A stretch of 64,000 nt of DNA from Andalucia godoyi And28 (Eukaryota; Protista; Jakobida), in NCBI GenBank assembly GCA_009859145.1, contig VRVR01000055.1:136927-200926 (forward strand), written 5' to 3'. A program made the position numbers and the translations under genes. The notes under the pieces are model-generated. The model saw only the letters and a program-made list of their open reading frames with translations, was not told the origin of the DNA and ran no database searches. Positions 1 through 11,701 of this stretch are shown here, in pieces. The number at the start of each line of letters is the position of its first letter. Within the stretch, counting starts at the first letter, position 1.

Positions 1-572
1 TTCTAACAGACATCGTGTAAAATTCAGAATATGCTCCGCACCTTCGGACGGAAGACCCTGCAACAAAGTTCTCGATCCTGCCAGGCGACATGTCCCGGGT
101 CACCCACACATTCCCGACGACATGGACCTTCCAACTTGTCGGAGCGCGAAATCCAGGCAGTTTTTTTCCGCAGTGGGAACCCTGCGATGTAACAGTTCCG
201 GTGCTGATATGGAATTCAACACTCGAAAGTCGAAACGTTTCACCGTGAAGTTGCTCGAATGGCTGCAGTACAGCAGAGCACCACGCGGAAAAACTGCTTT
301 ACAAGGCAGGCAATCGGAGTTTATTGCCTTCTGCCAGGTGTTCGTACACGGACTGGTCGGAGTTCGAAAAGACCTGCCTTTCTGTGCCAGGACTTACTGA
401 ACGTCACTTCACTTGATCCGGATAAGCAAAGATCTTCTATTTCTTTCTTGCAGTCGAGAGTTTCTTGGGGAATTCACGACACAGTAGTTAGCAACAGTTG
501 AAAAAGAAGAGAAAAAACTGTTTTCTTTGCAATTTCGCAGTTTGATGTGCTTGTTTACCATTTAACTTTGCA

Positions 573-1943
573 ATGGAGGATGGCTCTCCGGATCAGTTGC
601 AGGGTACTTCTTGTGTAGCTTGCCGAAGCACACATAAAAAATGCGATCGCTATGGGCCTCCTTGTCGACGATGTGTATATGCTTCTCGAGAGTGTGTGTA
701 TACCGGAAGAACACCCTGTAGAACCTTCAAAGGCTGCAGGGACGAGGACGTGGTGACGGAATTGACCGACGAATCCGCTTCTATGAGAATGGTCGCCACA
801 CACATCTGAAGAGGGTCTATCGCAACAAAGGTCCATCCCGAATGTCGCGAACTGCAACTGCTCCTGCGCCACGCAGTCCACAGGACAATGCGGTTTCCGC
901 CGTTGAGATAGCAGTTCCTCCTTCTCTACTGCATAGTTTCTCAAATTTGCAGAGCGACAGTATGTTGGCACAAAAGAAAGCAAATGCACAGCTGACTGCT
1001 AAACAAACCGTGGATAGTCAAAAGTTTGGATACGCGGTGCGTTCCAGCACTAATGAAACACACAACCAGCAATACACGGCAATTCAAAGAGCAACATGCA
1101 GCTGCGACTCAGCAACTCTTGTTCATCGGATCCCGCTCTCTGAATATTGTGATGCGAATTCCGTTGTGTCGCCCGGACTGTCGAAAAGTCAGCTCCCTGC
1201 CCTTTCCATTTCTCCGTATGCATACATGCCTTCATCCTGCAGTATACAAATGCAGCGACATCAGTCCTTCCAATTTCCTGGAACTGGAAGTGCATGTCTA
1301 TCTTCTTCGCTGTTCCAAGGTCTACTTCGGACAGTTACGGCGTCCGAGGAATCCACGCACTCCGCCCAGGAAAGAGCAACTGTCGATGGGCCGAATGTGT
1401 TGTCGGTGTGCTCAGTCGGTCAAGCCACGGTGGCTTGTTCAGGACCAAGTCCATGGTCTGTCGAGCTCTCCAGAATGATTGTCGTTGGCACTGTTGCACA
1501 AGACCTTGGTCGGCAGTGCGCTACCCTTGCGCAAACTGATCCGATGGTGCTGCATGAACCTTTTTCTTCATCTGACAATCAACATGAATCACATTTCGCT
1601 GCATTGTCGCCATTGTTTTCTAATTGAATTCTGTAGCAACCAATTAGACATACACACGTCTGCGGACGATGTAGGTCAAAGAGTACAAAGCATTATAAAG
1701 ATTTTCCTTTCTGTCGATAACAATGCCAGTATATCCATCAGCCAACTGTACGCTTCGGATAAAACTACATGGCCTCAGGTTTGGGCCCTATCCGGTACTT
1801 GGAAATCCGGATACGCCGACTTCAGTCTTTTGAATTGGTCGGTAACATTTGTCTCGCTGTGCAATGCCGACGAATTCGTCGACGCCGTCACCTTCCCTGG
1901 GGGAAGCTCTATTACCTTGCTTGCCAGCTTGCTGATTCCGTGA
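573..1943 (+). pseudogene. Zn(II)2Cys6 binuclear-cluster protein; N-terminal domain in ORF 573-809, probable continuation in other frames (842-1627, 1479-1943)
   Basis: CVACRSTHKKCDRYGPPCRRCVYASRECVY fits C-x2-C-x6-C-x5-C-x2-C-x6-C. The downstream ORFs are in different frames, so the gene is frameshifted or spliced. The domain is solid; the extent of the gene is uncertain. Confidence 0.6.
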
Positions 1944-2761
1944 TCAACAATCCTCTGGACATCTTGTCGGCTTCCCTTCACCTCCAAAATGAATCCGTGG
2001 CACTCCGCTGAGGAATCAGGGTCCACATCCGTACCACTCGAGATGATCTGTTGCCGAGTGGGTTGTGCAGATGCTGCATCTGAATTGAAAATGTGCTCGT
2101 ATGCGTCAGAAATGACGGTAAAGACACCCAGGCGACCATGTCGAAACAAGTCTGCGATATCCGAGTCATGCGATCCATTGAAAATGTCTTCCGGTTGCAT
2201 CGTTCCTGAGGGTACCTTGATCGCAAGAAAGGTGACTGGGGATGAAGAACGGAGCAGGTTGCCAAGAACCGTGGGCTGAGGTAGAGCTGCGTGGCCGCAT
2301 TTAATGGAGGAAGAGGGTCCTGAACGGGAAAGGTCATCTTTGTCAATGAGGCCCATGCGAAGCAGCGCTTCCGTCTCATTCACCACTTCCAGGGCGTCGG
2401 CATGGACTGCGAGATGCAGCGGCTTTCCAACAAGGATGTCGCTCCGAAGATGAAACTGCGAATCCCAGCTTCCGGCCTGAGGACGAACAAGCAGATCGAC
2501 AGTCAACCAATCCGAGGAAATCGTACTCTTCTGCACGTTGTACAATAGCAAGTACTCCGATCGAGGGTCGCACGGAAGCGCGCCGTTGTCGACGTTCCTC
2601 TGCAGCACATCCACCAAGCATCCCATTCGACGTGCAAGAGACGTCTCAATTTGATCGCATCCCGAATACCATCTGCCAGAGAATATCCGGACATTGGCAG
2701 TCTTGTTGGCGCTTGCAGTGAGCAGAAACAGAAATTCTTCCGACCTCATGAACGCGAGCAA
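1775..2761 (-). CDS. hypothetical protein (328 aa)
   Basis: Long uninterrupted ORF with globular-protein-like composition; no recognisable motif. Confidence 0.45.
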   Translation of the reverse strand: MLAFMRSEEFLFLLTASANKTANVRIFSGRWYSGCDQIETSLARRMGCLVDVLQRNVDNGALPCDPRSEYLLLYNVQKSTISSDWLTVDLLVRPQAGSWDSQFHLRSDILVGKPLHLAVHADALEVVNETEALLRMGLIDKDDLSRSGPSSSIKCGHAALPQPTVLGNLLRSSSPVTFLAIKVPSGTMQPEDIFNGSHDSDIADLFRHGRLGVFTVISDAYEHIFNSDAASAQPTRQQIISSGTDVDPDSSAECHGFILEVKGSRQDVQRIVDHGISKLASKVIELPPGKVTASTNSSALHSETNVTDQFKRLKSAYPDFQVPDRAQT

Positions 2762-3915
2762 TTTGATCCCCAGACGACAAAGGCGGATGAATGAACTTCT
2801 GCTTCACAGCAAATTGCTGATTGTTGTCCTTCTCGCCAATTTGTGCGTCAACATTTCCTTCTGCTTTGTTGTATGAAAAAAACAGACAAAAAGCACATTC
2901 TCGTGCACGCTGCCCAACCTGGCGATAAAATGCCGGGGAACGTCCACTTTTGCGTGGTTCCCGCTTCCCTGAACGAGTTTTTCAACAACGATCCCTTTTT
3001 CGGCGCAATTCTCCGCCAATTCGAAGAAGCAAGGAATGAAGCCTCAATTGACGCGCAAAAAGCATGCAGCCTGCTTTTGAGAACTGCCGTTGTTCGTTTG
3101 TTTCGGGCTCTGGAATCTGAAGGGGTTTGGCTTTTTTGACAGCCGAAACGTCTACTGCTGCACGCGAGCCATGGAACAGGATGGCAAGAGACCCGATGGA
3201 GGCGTAAACGATGACAAGTCGGACGAGAGGCCAACAACCGCTACCGCACCGAGTTCCACATTCGCACATTCGACAACGCAAGAAAGCGGTGCTTGCATGA
3301 ATCCGTGCCGTCAAGAGAAGCATCGTTCATGGAATTTGGAGTAAGAATAGAAACAATGTTTGCGAAGTGGACAGCATATATTTTATGGAACTCCAGGGCT
3401 GCTCCGGACAGTTGAACGAAATGAATGAAGGCGCAAAAAAGTTGCACGAATTCGAGAGCATCTCCTCCAGCATACACGGGGCGGTTGAAGGCAACACCCT
3501 TCTGCGGCATTGCGATTTTGCGGCGGACCCGCGTTAATTTGACGATTCGGATGGTGTGAGCACATGGAGTCAAACAGAGGAAGAAACAATCGCTGTGCTG
3601 CTCGAAACAGAGACTCGAGTTCTGCACAACAGAAAAACCAGTACTCTTGTTTGAGAAAGTATTTTGTCCAAATGAGTGCAAGCTCGACCCTCTGCATGTG
3701 AGAGAGTTTCCGGCTTACTGTGGTCCAAGCAGCACAAGGAATTCATTAGAAGATCAGTTCAACGGCCGGGGGGGGGGGGGGTGGAAGAGGATGAGAATGC
3801 TCGGAGAAGGAGGTTTACGATACTCAAATGCGGAGCCAGGATTGCTTCGGTGGCTCTGTTCTACCATTCCAACTTTACAAGGCTCGGAGCGTACTGCACA
3901 AACTGCCCCTCCTTT

Positions 3916-4128
3916 TCAGTCCTTGTTCTGGGTCTCGCCCTTCGAGAATTCGACCTGGCCCTTGTCTTTTGCCTGCTGATAGTCGTCAGGGTTGTCATAG
4001 CCGTGGGCGTGCGCCTGTGCAGTCAATCCGCCCTTGCTTGCAATGGACTGCTGCTGCTGCGGGTCCATTGCTGCAAAGCCGCGCTGGCTGCCACTGTTGG
4101 AATTGTCTTGGTCCTGTTGACGGTTCAT
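3916..4128 (-). CDS. KGG-repeat / Con-10-like small hydrophilic stress protein
   Basis: RGFAAMDPQQQQSIASKGG matches the KGG/Con-10 motif (RGFAsMDpekqreIASKGG) in a 70-aa hydrophilic ORF. Confidence 0.75.
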   Translation of the reverse strand: MNRQQDQDNSNSGSQRGFAAMDPQQQQSIASKGGLTAQAHAHGYDNPDDYQQAKDKGQVEFSKGETQNKD

Positions 4129-4912
4129 TGCTGATAGATGTTATTTTGGGTGGTTTCGCTTTGTGCAAAAGAACGAATGGAAGAAAAAAAAGATGTGCAG
4201 ATCAAATGCAGAGCACAGCTATTCATACGAATTCATGAGTTCATTCATACAACTGCAGTTCAATTGGTTTGTAATTTCGGCTGTTCCATTGATACAGACT
4301 GCGGATCCAGCGGGGAAAGTGCAATTTCAACTGGATCCTCGTCCTTGCGAAGGGGGGCTGGAAAAATTAGCGACTGACTCCAGTGCGATCCTTATGCAGA
4401 GGGTAAGCAACCAAGTCGTCCGCCGAGCGGTTCAAGTTTTTCACATCGCCCAGTTTCGTTGTGTCAAAGATCGGTTCATCGGAGGGAACTGGTCAGGAGC
4501 GACGATAACCCGGGGAACGGTCATTGAATCTGCGCTCCGACTGCGGCTGTGTCACGCAATAGTGGGCGATCAGATACGGAGGCTGTGCGAATACAGAACT
4601 GGTCGGATCACATTTGGACGGTAGCAAGGAACTTTCGAACTGTTGAAGGGAAGAACTTCCATTTCGGGTTTGCTGAGATGTCCCAATCGGGTTGCATTTA
4701 CGTCTGCACCGCACTACAAAAGAGTTCCTCCTCATGTGCTCGTATTGAAATTGTTGGACCGCGAAAGGGAGGCTCTCCTTTGTTGTTCCACTAATCCTCT
4801 CTCTCTCTCTCTGTGTCAGCTCAAAACGGAGAGTGCTGTCTTGTTTGCATTTTTTCATTTCTTCTTCTTCTTCTCTGAACAGTCATGGGCTTTGACACAC
4901 GCAAGGGAGAAC

Positions 4913-5503
4913 ATGGACGACTTTGACACAGAATCCCCCGAATCCTTTGAAAGCACATCGTGTGCTTCCTGTCGATTTCTTCACAAGAAATGCGATCGTC
5001 ATAGCCCTGTTTGCATCAGATGTCTTCGAACCGGTAAACAATGCGTATACACAGGGATAACGGCTGGAAGACCGAGGAAATCCGCAGGAACAGCGACTCC
5101 TACTTGTGCAACTCACTTCAAAAAGAAAATCTGCTCTTGCGACTTTACCGAGTCTCGGCTGTGCGTACCGCCACCTATAAAATCGACGCCCTTCAGCCGA
5201 GGCGACAATCACCGATTGCAGTCCGATTTTGGCAATCGCTACCACAGCCGCTTGGATGCATTCACTCCAGACTCGGAAAACAAGAACGCCATCGTTCCCA
5301 AATCACGGCCACTGTCTCTCTCTCCTGTTCCGCACGCCGCTTCGTATCTTCCGTCTCTCGACTACTGTTTGCCAGCCAATTCGTCTGTGAATCTGGCAAC
5401 CAGTTTTGCACATGATGATATCGAATGCTCCATTCTGCAGTGCGTCGCACGACAGCTGTTGGCATTTGGAACTTCGACAACTCCCGTGAATGACTGCGTG
5501 TGA
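4913..5503 (+). CDS. Zn(II)2Cys6 binuclear-cluster protein
   Basis: CASCRFLHKKCDRHSPVCIRCLRTGKQCVYTGITAGRPRK: six Cys in canonical spacing followed by a basic GRP(R)K tail. Start placed at ATG 4913, after a CT-rich leader. Confidence 0.75.
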   Translation: MDDFDTESPESFESTSCASCRFLHKKCDRHSPVCIRCLRTGKQCVYTGITAGRPRKSAGTATPTCATHFKKKICSCDFTESRLCVPPPIKSTPFSRGDNHRLQSDFGNRYHSRLDAFTPDSENKNAIVPKSRPLSLSPVPHAASYLPSLDYCLPANSSVNLATSFAHDDIECSILQCVARQLLAFGTSTTPVNDCV

Positions 5504-6551
5504 CTTCGGCTAATTCGTGAGCAATACTCATGTGTAAACGAATTTCCCCAACGACAGCCATTCGTGCTTTGTTTGTGTGCTAGATTGTCGAAGCACCCAA
5601 TGAGCGCTGCGAATGACGCGAAAACGCCCAAAGCAACAAAAAGGGCGCGGCTGACAACGAATCGAGGTGACCGGTTCATTCAAATGCAAACAGTTCTGTG
5701 CATTATGAAACACACATCAACATCTAGGCGGTTTTCTCTTTTACAACACAGAAAAGGACCGGTTTTTTGTTTTTTGTTTTTTGTTGCAAAAAGAGAGGCA
5801 ATGTCGTCGTTCAACCTTTTCATTCCACATACTGACAACTGACAACAGTTGACGTTCTCCATTTGGTAGTATTTGCGAAAATTCTCCGGCAGCACCCCAT
5901 TACTCGACCGTTCGCCTTTTCATTATCTTCTTGGGGACGCATCCTTTCTTTTCTTATGGAAGAACAAAATTCTTTCCATGCTATTCCATGTGTGCATGTG
6001 CGCCCCCATGAATTTCATTTGTGATTGCGAGTAGTTGATAGAGTCGCTCACACCATGGCTTGCCAGCTGTTGAACAACTGACAACCACTGGACGCCCAAC
6101 CGATGTCTTGCCCGGCGTTTTCATTTGTCGTGTCTGTACTGCAGCACTAAAATTGCATATGCTGCAGAAGTACACGGACTGTTGAAAGCCATCGTATAGC
6201 GATCTTGCTTTCTACTGTTCGATTCTTATCCAACAGGGGCTGTCTTGAATTTGATATCCGGATTTTCTCGCAGTAGACGGTGCGTCCTTTCGTTCCAAAT
6301 GCACAAAATGCATCGAAGACCTTTCAGAGAATTTGGGGTGTTTCCAAAGTTTTTGTCGTCTTCCCATTGTCGATGAGTTCTTCGTCCTCTCAGACACGAA
6401 GCCGGTGGATTGTTTGTTTGATCTACATATCGTATCCAGAGCAGATCAGCATCGCTCAGCAGTATTCAGCAAATGCCGCATGTCCGACTGGCTCGCATTG
6501 AAGACCCGGAAGAAGTCACCCAACACCCAATCTATCAAGACGCCTGTCCTT

Positions 6552-7139
6552 TCAATCAGCAATGTCCAGCTGTTTGCTGTTGCAATGATGACGCTCGGTG
6601 ACCTCTGTGTCATGACAGTTGTGCAGGTTGTTGGGGGGCTGCGTTCCATGCTCATTGCGACCGTTGAAATGCAGCACTGTGATGCATGATGCCAGACTGG
6701 GCGAGGCAGTTTCTCGCTGGTCTGGTAAGGCAGGACCTCGCCATCCTTTCGCCATCCAGTCATTGCACGCGCCTTGAAACTTTTCGGCAAATTTTGCGGC
6801 TCTTCCAGGTGGCTTCCCGACATATCTGCACGATTCTCCGTCTTCTTCGCAACGGCTGCACGGCGGTCCTTCCCTCCCACACTTCCTATGCAAGGAGCGA
6901 CATCGCTCACAGGAAAACAATTGGAAACTTTGGTTTCTTTCTTTTGCATCGACCAACATAGTGTCCACACAAATTGACTCGAGTTTTGAATGCATAGGCT
7001 GGCTGCATCGTTCAGCACGGTCTTCACAGCATTCTTGTACTGTGGACGAATAGCTTTCGGATGAAGGAACTTCATCGTGAATCATAATCCGAGGAACTGC
7101 TGCAAGCTGATTTTCGGATGTTTCTTTTGGTGTTTTCAT
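6552..7139 (-). CDS. Zn(II)2Cys6 binuclear-cluster protein (3' end probably frameshifted)
   Basis: CERCRSLHRKCGREGPPCSRCEEDGESCRYVGKPPGR: canonical six-Cys spacing. Confidence 0.7.
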   Translation of the reverse strand: MKTPKETSENQLAAVPRIMIHDEVPSSESYSSTVQECCEDRAERCSQPMHSKLESICVDTMLVDAKERNQSFQLFSCERCRSLHRKCGREGPPCSRCEEDGESCRYVGKPPGRAAKFAEKFQGACNDWMAKGWRGPALPDQRETASPSLASCITVLHFNGRNEHGTQPPNNLHNCHDTEVTERHHCNSKQLDIAD

Positions 7140-7882
7140 TGTGCGGAAACTGTTCTTTTCGACTTTTTGGACTGGTGTTTTTGAGACAGCGAATTGAGAA
7201 TGGAGTGTGTCGAACGACAGTGAACCACGAGAAGAAGGAAAAGTGCAAATAGCTCGATCAAAAACAATTAGACATTGCGGAAGGGGAGGTCTGTGTTCCG
7301 TAGTCTACAGAGAAGACAAGCCGAACTCAAGCTTGCATTTCAACAGTTGTTGCGCCTGGTGTTCTGTTTCCACTCTGATCGCAGAGGATCACTTCCGATA
7401 CAGAATTTATGCTTCATGTTGCTCTCTTTCTTTGAGCATTTTGATTTCTTCTTTTTGTCCGAAATTCTTCTTCGTTTGACAGGCACACAGTCCTTCTTGT
7501 TGTGGAGTTGCGCTGATTGGCGATTGCTGTCTGGTTTCTTTGTTCTTTTCTTCGAGTCCTGACAATGACATGTTGGCTGAATCAGAGACGCGGTGTTGAT
7601 GGTATGCACAGCACAGAAAGACACAGTCCGTGTAATTGGTACGTTTTTAATGAATGTTGTTATTTTTCTGCGGAAACATGCGTCGACAAAGGCATCCATA
7701 TTTTTCCCAATCAGTCCTTCTGTAGATGGCTGTTGAAATGGTCATTTTCATTGCTCCGAAAAGCCTTCTCTCTTCTTTTTCAAGAATACTGTGCAAATGA
7801 AGAAATTTTCGAGAAAGAGCAATGATACAGAAACGACGAATATCTTCATCAATTTATCTCTTTTTGCATTCATTGGATTAAA

Positions 7883-9097
7883 ATGATCACTGATCTTCCA
7901 TACGCACCATTCCAAAGGATCTTGTCCTTTTTGAACTATGAAAACGTCCTCTCTCTTCGTTTGGTTTCTCGCAAGCACGAACAGGCCATCATAAGTGTGT
8001 TCTTGATTGGTGGCATCGTTTCGTTTCCTGACGACGCTTGGCCGATAAAGGTCAGCGAGTTCCTCCGCATCTTCCCAAACATGCGGATTGCTCTTCGTTC
8101 GATACGGATCGCGAGCATGGAAGAGTGCGACGCATATCGTTTGTATCATTCACGGCTCCAGATTTCAGATATATTTGTTTTGCCTTGCATTCCAGGTGTC
8201 TATTCTCATGGTTTGTCTGCTGTCCACACTCTGTTGCCTCATGTCCCGACGAATTTTTTAGAAGAGGACCTGCAGGGCACGGCAGACAGTTTGTTTGGCG
8301 GTTGCTACGGGACACTGCATGTCGGATCGGAGATTTCGGTCAGCGACTTGACGCGGATCGCTGTTCATTTTCCGTACTGGGACGTGTCGGTTCGGTCCTT
8401 AACTTTGTGTTTTTCTGATGTGGAAGTCGATTTGCTGATCTCGTCCGCCCAGAGGATCCGGTGCACGGAAATTTGCATTGAAGTCGGATCTGCCTTGTCG
8501 TATTTTGGTCAATTGCTGCCGATCGCTAGTCGCTTAGTCTGTCTTCCGCGTCATTCCTCGAGGGTCTGTGCCTGGGAATGGATGCACTCCGTCTGTCACC
8601 GGTTCCTCCATGTGGAGGAGCTGCTGGTTGTTGTCTACCCTTCGCGAATACACGATGTGTATCTTCCGACCCTGTCCTCTCTCCCACAGCTGGAGAACTT
8701 GCGTTTTTGGGATCTTATGTGGATATCTGGAGACATTTGCACGATCCACGTCCGGTTTTCCCGGTTGGATCCGGTTCTGATGATTATGATCAACGGAGAT
8801 TCAATTTTGCAGACCGGTGTTTCCTCCAAAGTTGAGGTTTTCCCCTTGCCGATTGTCAATTCGTTCTACTCAGAATTGGTGTTGATAATAGATCTCCCGG
8901 AACCGTGGAGCCAGCGGTTGCATTTACCAGGATCTTCTTTCATATCTTCCCTCACTATTATACAAAAATCTGTGGCGACGTGTCCGAATCTTTCTGTCGG
9001 AAGGTTTCCAGATCTGTTGCAGTTGAACACCATCGGGGACGTTTTGCCTGCTTGGACGGCTTGGTTTCCCAGTGCTCAACTATGCCGATCTTCTTAG
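7883..9097 (+). CDS. F-box protein with Leu-rich C-terminal region
   Basis: N-terminal ITDLPYAPFQRILSFLNYENVLSLRLVSRK fits the F-box consensus (LxxLPxE..xIlsxL...L..l..VSk). The rest is a Leu-rich, LRR-like 404-aa ORF. Confidence 0.65.
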   Translation: MITDLPYAPFQRILSFLNYENVLSLRLVSRKHEQAIISVFLIGGIVSFPDDAWPIKVSEFLRIFPNMRIALRSIRIASMEECDAYRLYHSRLQISDIFVLPCIPGVYSHGLSAVHTLLPHVPTNFLEEDLQGTADSLFGGCYGTLHVGSEISVSDLTRIAVHFPYWDVSVRSLTLCFSDVEVDLLISSAQRIRCTEICIEVGSALSYFGQLLPIASRLVCLPRHSSRVCAWEWMHSVCHRFLHVEELLVVVYPSRIHDVYLPTLSSLPQLENLRFWDLMWISGDICTIHVRFSRLDPVLMIMINGDSILQTGVSSKVEVFPLPIVNSFYSELVLIIDLPEPWSQRLHLPGSSFISSLTIIQKSVATCPNLSVGRFPDLLQLNTIGDVLPAWTAWFPSAQLCRSS

Positions 9098-10129
9098 CAA
9101 TATATAGAACACAATATGGTCATCCGGATGAAGTTGCACCGTATGTATTCGTGAGCTTGTTTTCTGCTTGCTCTTTGAACTTGTATTTTGCACTGACGAG
9201 TGTTTCTTTTCTTTTTGGTGAAATAGGTGTTATGTCTTTCTCGCAGCTCGAGACAGCAGCTACATGACGGGCCAGGTGCTGCATCCAAACGGCATATGTT
9301 TCTGCGCTCCTTCTTAGACATTGGATTATCGATACTGATGTTCTTGTTTTCTTAATGCAGGGCATGTCCGTGAGCAGCTAATCTGCCGATTGTCGACAAG
9401 AGTGGGGAATGTGGGAGGTTCCGTTGGGTGTTGATTCTCCACAACTCTACTTGTCTTCTCCAGCTCTTAATCGGAATAGTCACAGCAGGTTTTCTTCGAA
9501 AGTTTTGTCAAGACCCACAAAGTAGTTTACAGCGCCCACAGGACTAAACACGTCCCAGATTGTTCGCCAAATTCCGATTCGTCCGGAGCTACACTTTCCG
9601 ACTTGTGTGGAAGGACCAAAGGAGACCACACAAGTGTCTGCGGATTCACCCCGCAAGCATCACAATTCTTCCCATTAAAAAATATTAACAAAATAAATAT
9701 GGCAGGCTCCACCGCCCTCCGAAGAGCCCTGTCCGTCCAGATTGCAAATATGCAAGCAAGCAGACATGCTGCGTACAGTAACAAAGGACGACAGATGAAA
9801 GTCGACCATGTTATGGGACTCTTTCACCAATGGCAGTTCGGAGGGGAAGCGTAGACGAAGTAATTTGGAAGCATCTTCGGTCCCGACGTCTCGCTCAAGC
9901 GCGTCGAACCTACCACCCAGACAAGAGAACCGCTGCCCAGCTAGTGAAAATCATCCTTCGCTTTCTGTGCGAGGTCTACTTTGTTCTTTACACAATATAC
10001 ATAAAGTAACTTCAGATGCGTTCTCATTTCCGAGTGGTTACAGAAACAGAGTCTCAACAGTCTTCACCATCCGCTTTGTCATCAAATCAGACAGATACGA
10101 AAGGCAGTACCGCCCAATCTGGCATTCCA

Positions 10130-10540
10130 ATGACCAGTTCTCATTCAGCTGAGCGAAATGCAAAGCCGTATGATGATGTGCAAGTCTTTCATAAAGATTC
10201 AGCAGACGGGATTCACGATGCGCTTGCTGCAGTACAAAACATGCAAGTTGCAACTGTTGACGATGCATCGTCGGCTTTTCCTCTTTCAACAGACGCCTGT
10301 CCATCACGCACAAACGTTCAGAAAAAGGATGCAACAACTTGGTTTCAACTGTTCTTATGCAAGAGGTGCCGACAATTACATTAGATCTGCGATAGAAGAG
10401 CTCTTCGATGCCTGCGATGGGAAGACGCGAACGAGGACTGTGTATAAGTTGGAAGATCTCCAGGAAGAAGAAGACCGTCACACAGTCAACAAGAGTGGAT
10501 GACGAAAGGATGACGCGGCCCTGCTGCAGCATCGAAAGCC
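10130..10540 (+). pseudogene. decayed Zn(II)2Cys6 gene, paralogue of 6552-7139
   Basis: Reads FQLFLCKRCRQLH*ICDRRALRCLR..EDCV*VGRSPGR...EWMTKG*RGPA against FQLFSCERCRSLHRKC...CRYVGKPPGR...DWMAKGWRGPA in the paralogue; three in-frame stops. Confidence 0.6.
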
Positions 10541-10902
10541 GACGAGAAGACGGGCGAAGAAAGAGTGGAAACGCACGAGAACCTCGTTTAATCCTTTTGG
10601 ATTCGTGAGGCCGTATCTGGTGTTTCGTGTCTGTGATGAAGATGAAGCATTCGTCAATGAAGCGAGGCTTTTGAAAATTAAATTATTGGTTCGATCGTCA
10701 GATAGCAAGGCAACTCCGCCATTCGATGTTCGCTGATGGAATTTCAAAACCGCCTGCCCAGTGCATGTTTCCCTTATTCTTCGATCCGAGAACAAAACTG
10801 ATTTACAAAAAAGATGCTTGTAAACCGCAGCATCACCAAAAGTACATGTGACCCTAGCAGTAACAGAAATTTTTTGCAACAGTCCTACGCCAAGATCCAA
10901 TC

Positions 10903-11487
10903 TCATGGTCCTTCCGTTTCTTGCGTCCAAACGCACTCTTCCGCCTGCAGAAACGCTTCCCGCGACTGCTCGAACGCGTCTGCGGCCTCGGCTTTCGCAA
11001 TCTCCTCGGCCTTCTGAATCAGTTCCTCGTGCTCCGAGCACAGACGCACTCGCTTCCGCGCCCTCTTGGTCTCCTCATTGACGTATTCCTGCAGTGCATT
11101 CGCGAGCGTTGTGGACGTGCCCGCTTGTAATTTGCGGTCCAGAAACGCGAGCAGCGATTCCGTCTGTGCCGGTCGTCTCGGCGGTACTTGCAATACCACC
11201 GCGTCCATCGCCGCATCCTCGGCATCTGGATTGGTGAATCTTGAATTCATAAACCGTCCACCGGTGCTTTCGCGGACTTGCATACTCAAGTCGATGTCTT
11301 TCTTGCTGAACTTTGGGCAGTGCATCGTGACGACCAGCATTTCCGAAAACTCGCCCGCATACGGCACCGAGCGAAACAGGCGATTCACACCAGCATCGAG
11401 AACCTCCGATTGACGATCTTTCAGTCGCTTCCGATCTCTGTGTGGAATATTCAGCAAAGACGCGATTGCACGGGTTGTCATCGACAT
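10903..11487 (-). CDS. 194-aa hypothetical protein, head-to-head with topo II; paralogue of 35529-36113
   Basis: Both copies start MS.TTR, are 194 aa, are about 80% identical by eye and stop at the same position. Conserved intact frames support a real gene. Confidence 0.7.
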   Translation of the reverse strand: MSMTTRAIASLLNIPHRDRKRLKDRQSEVLDAGVNRLFRSVPYAGEFSEMLVVTMHCPKFSKKDIDLSMQVRESTGGRFMNSRFTNPDAEDAAMDAVVLQVPPRRPAQTESLLAFLDRKLQAGTSTTLANALQEYVNEETKRARKRVRLCSEHEELIQKAEEIAKAEAADAFEQSREAFLQAEECVWTQETEGP

Positions 11488-11701
11488 TTCTTTTGAACTC
11501 AATCGAAAGACCTGAAGAAGAAGAAAATGAAAACAGGAAAGAAACAGAAACATTTTGACGAGTCTGAAAAAACGGGGCATCAAGTGACCGGTAGATCACC
11601 TGATTTTCCCGACTCACATACTCACAGAATCCGCCTTTTCCTGTTTTTCATGTTTTCCTTTTTTCCTGTTTCTCCAAAACTCTAAACGGTGCCTCTCCCA
11701 C

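Noticed and set aside
122-400. Sel1-like repeat (VFVHGLVGVRKDL)
   Set aside because: A single weak match at the window edge with nearby stops; insufficient support.
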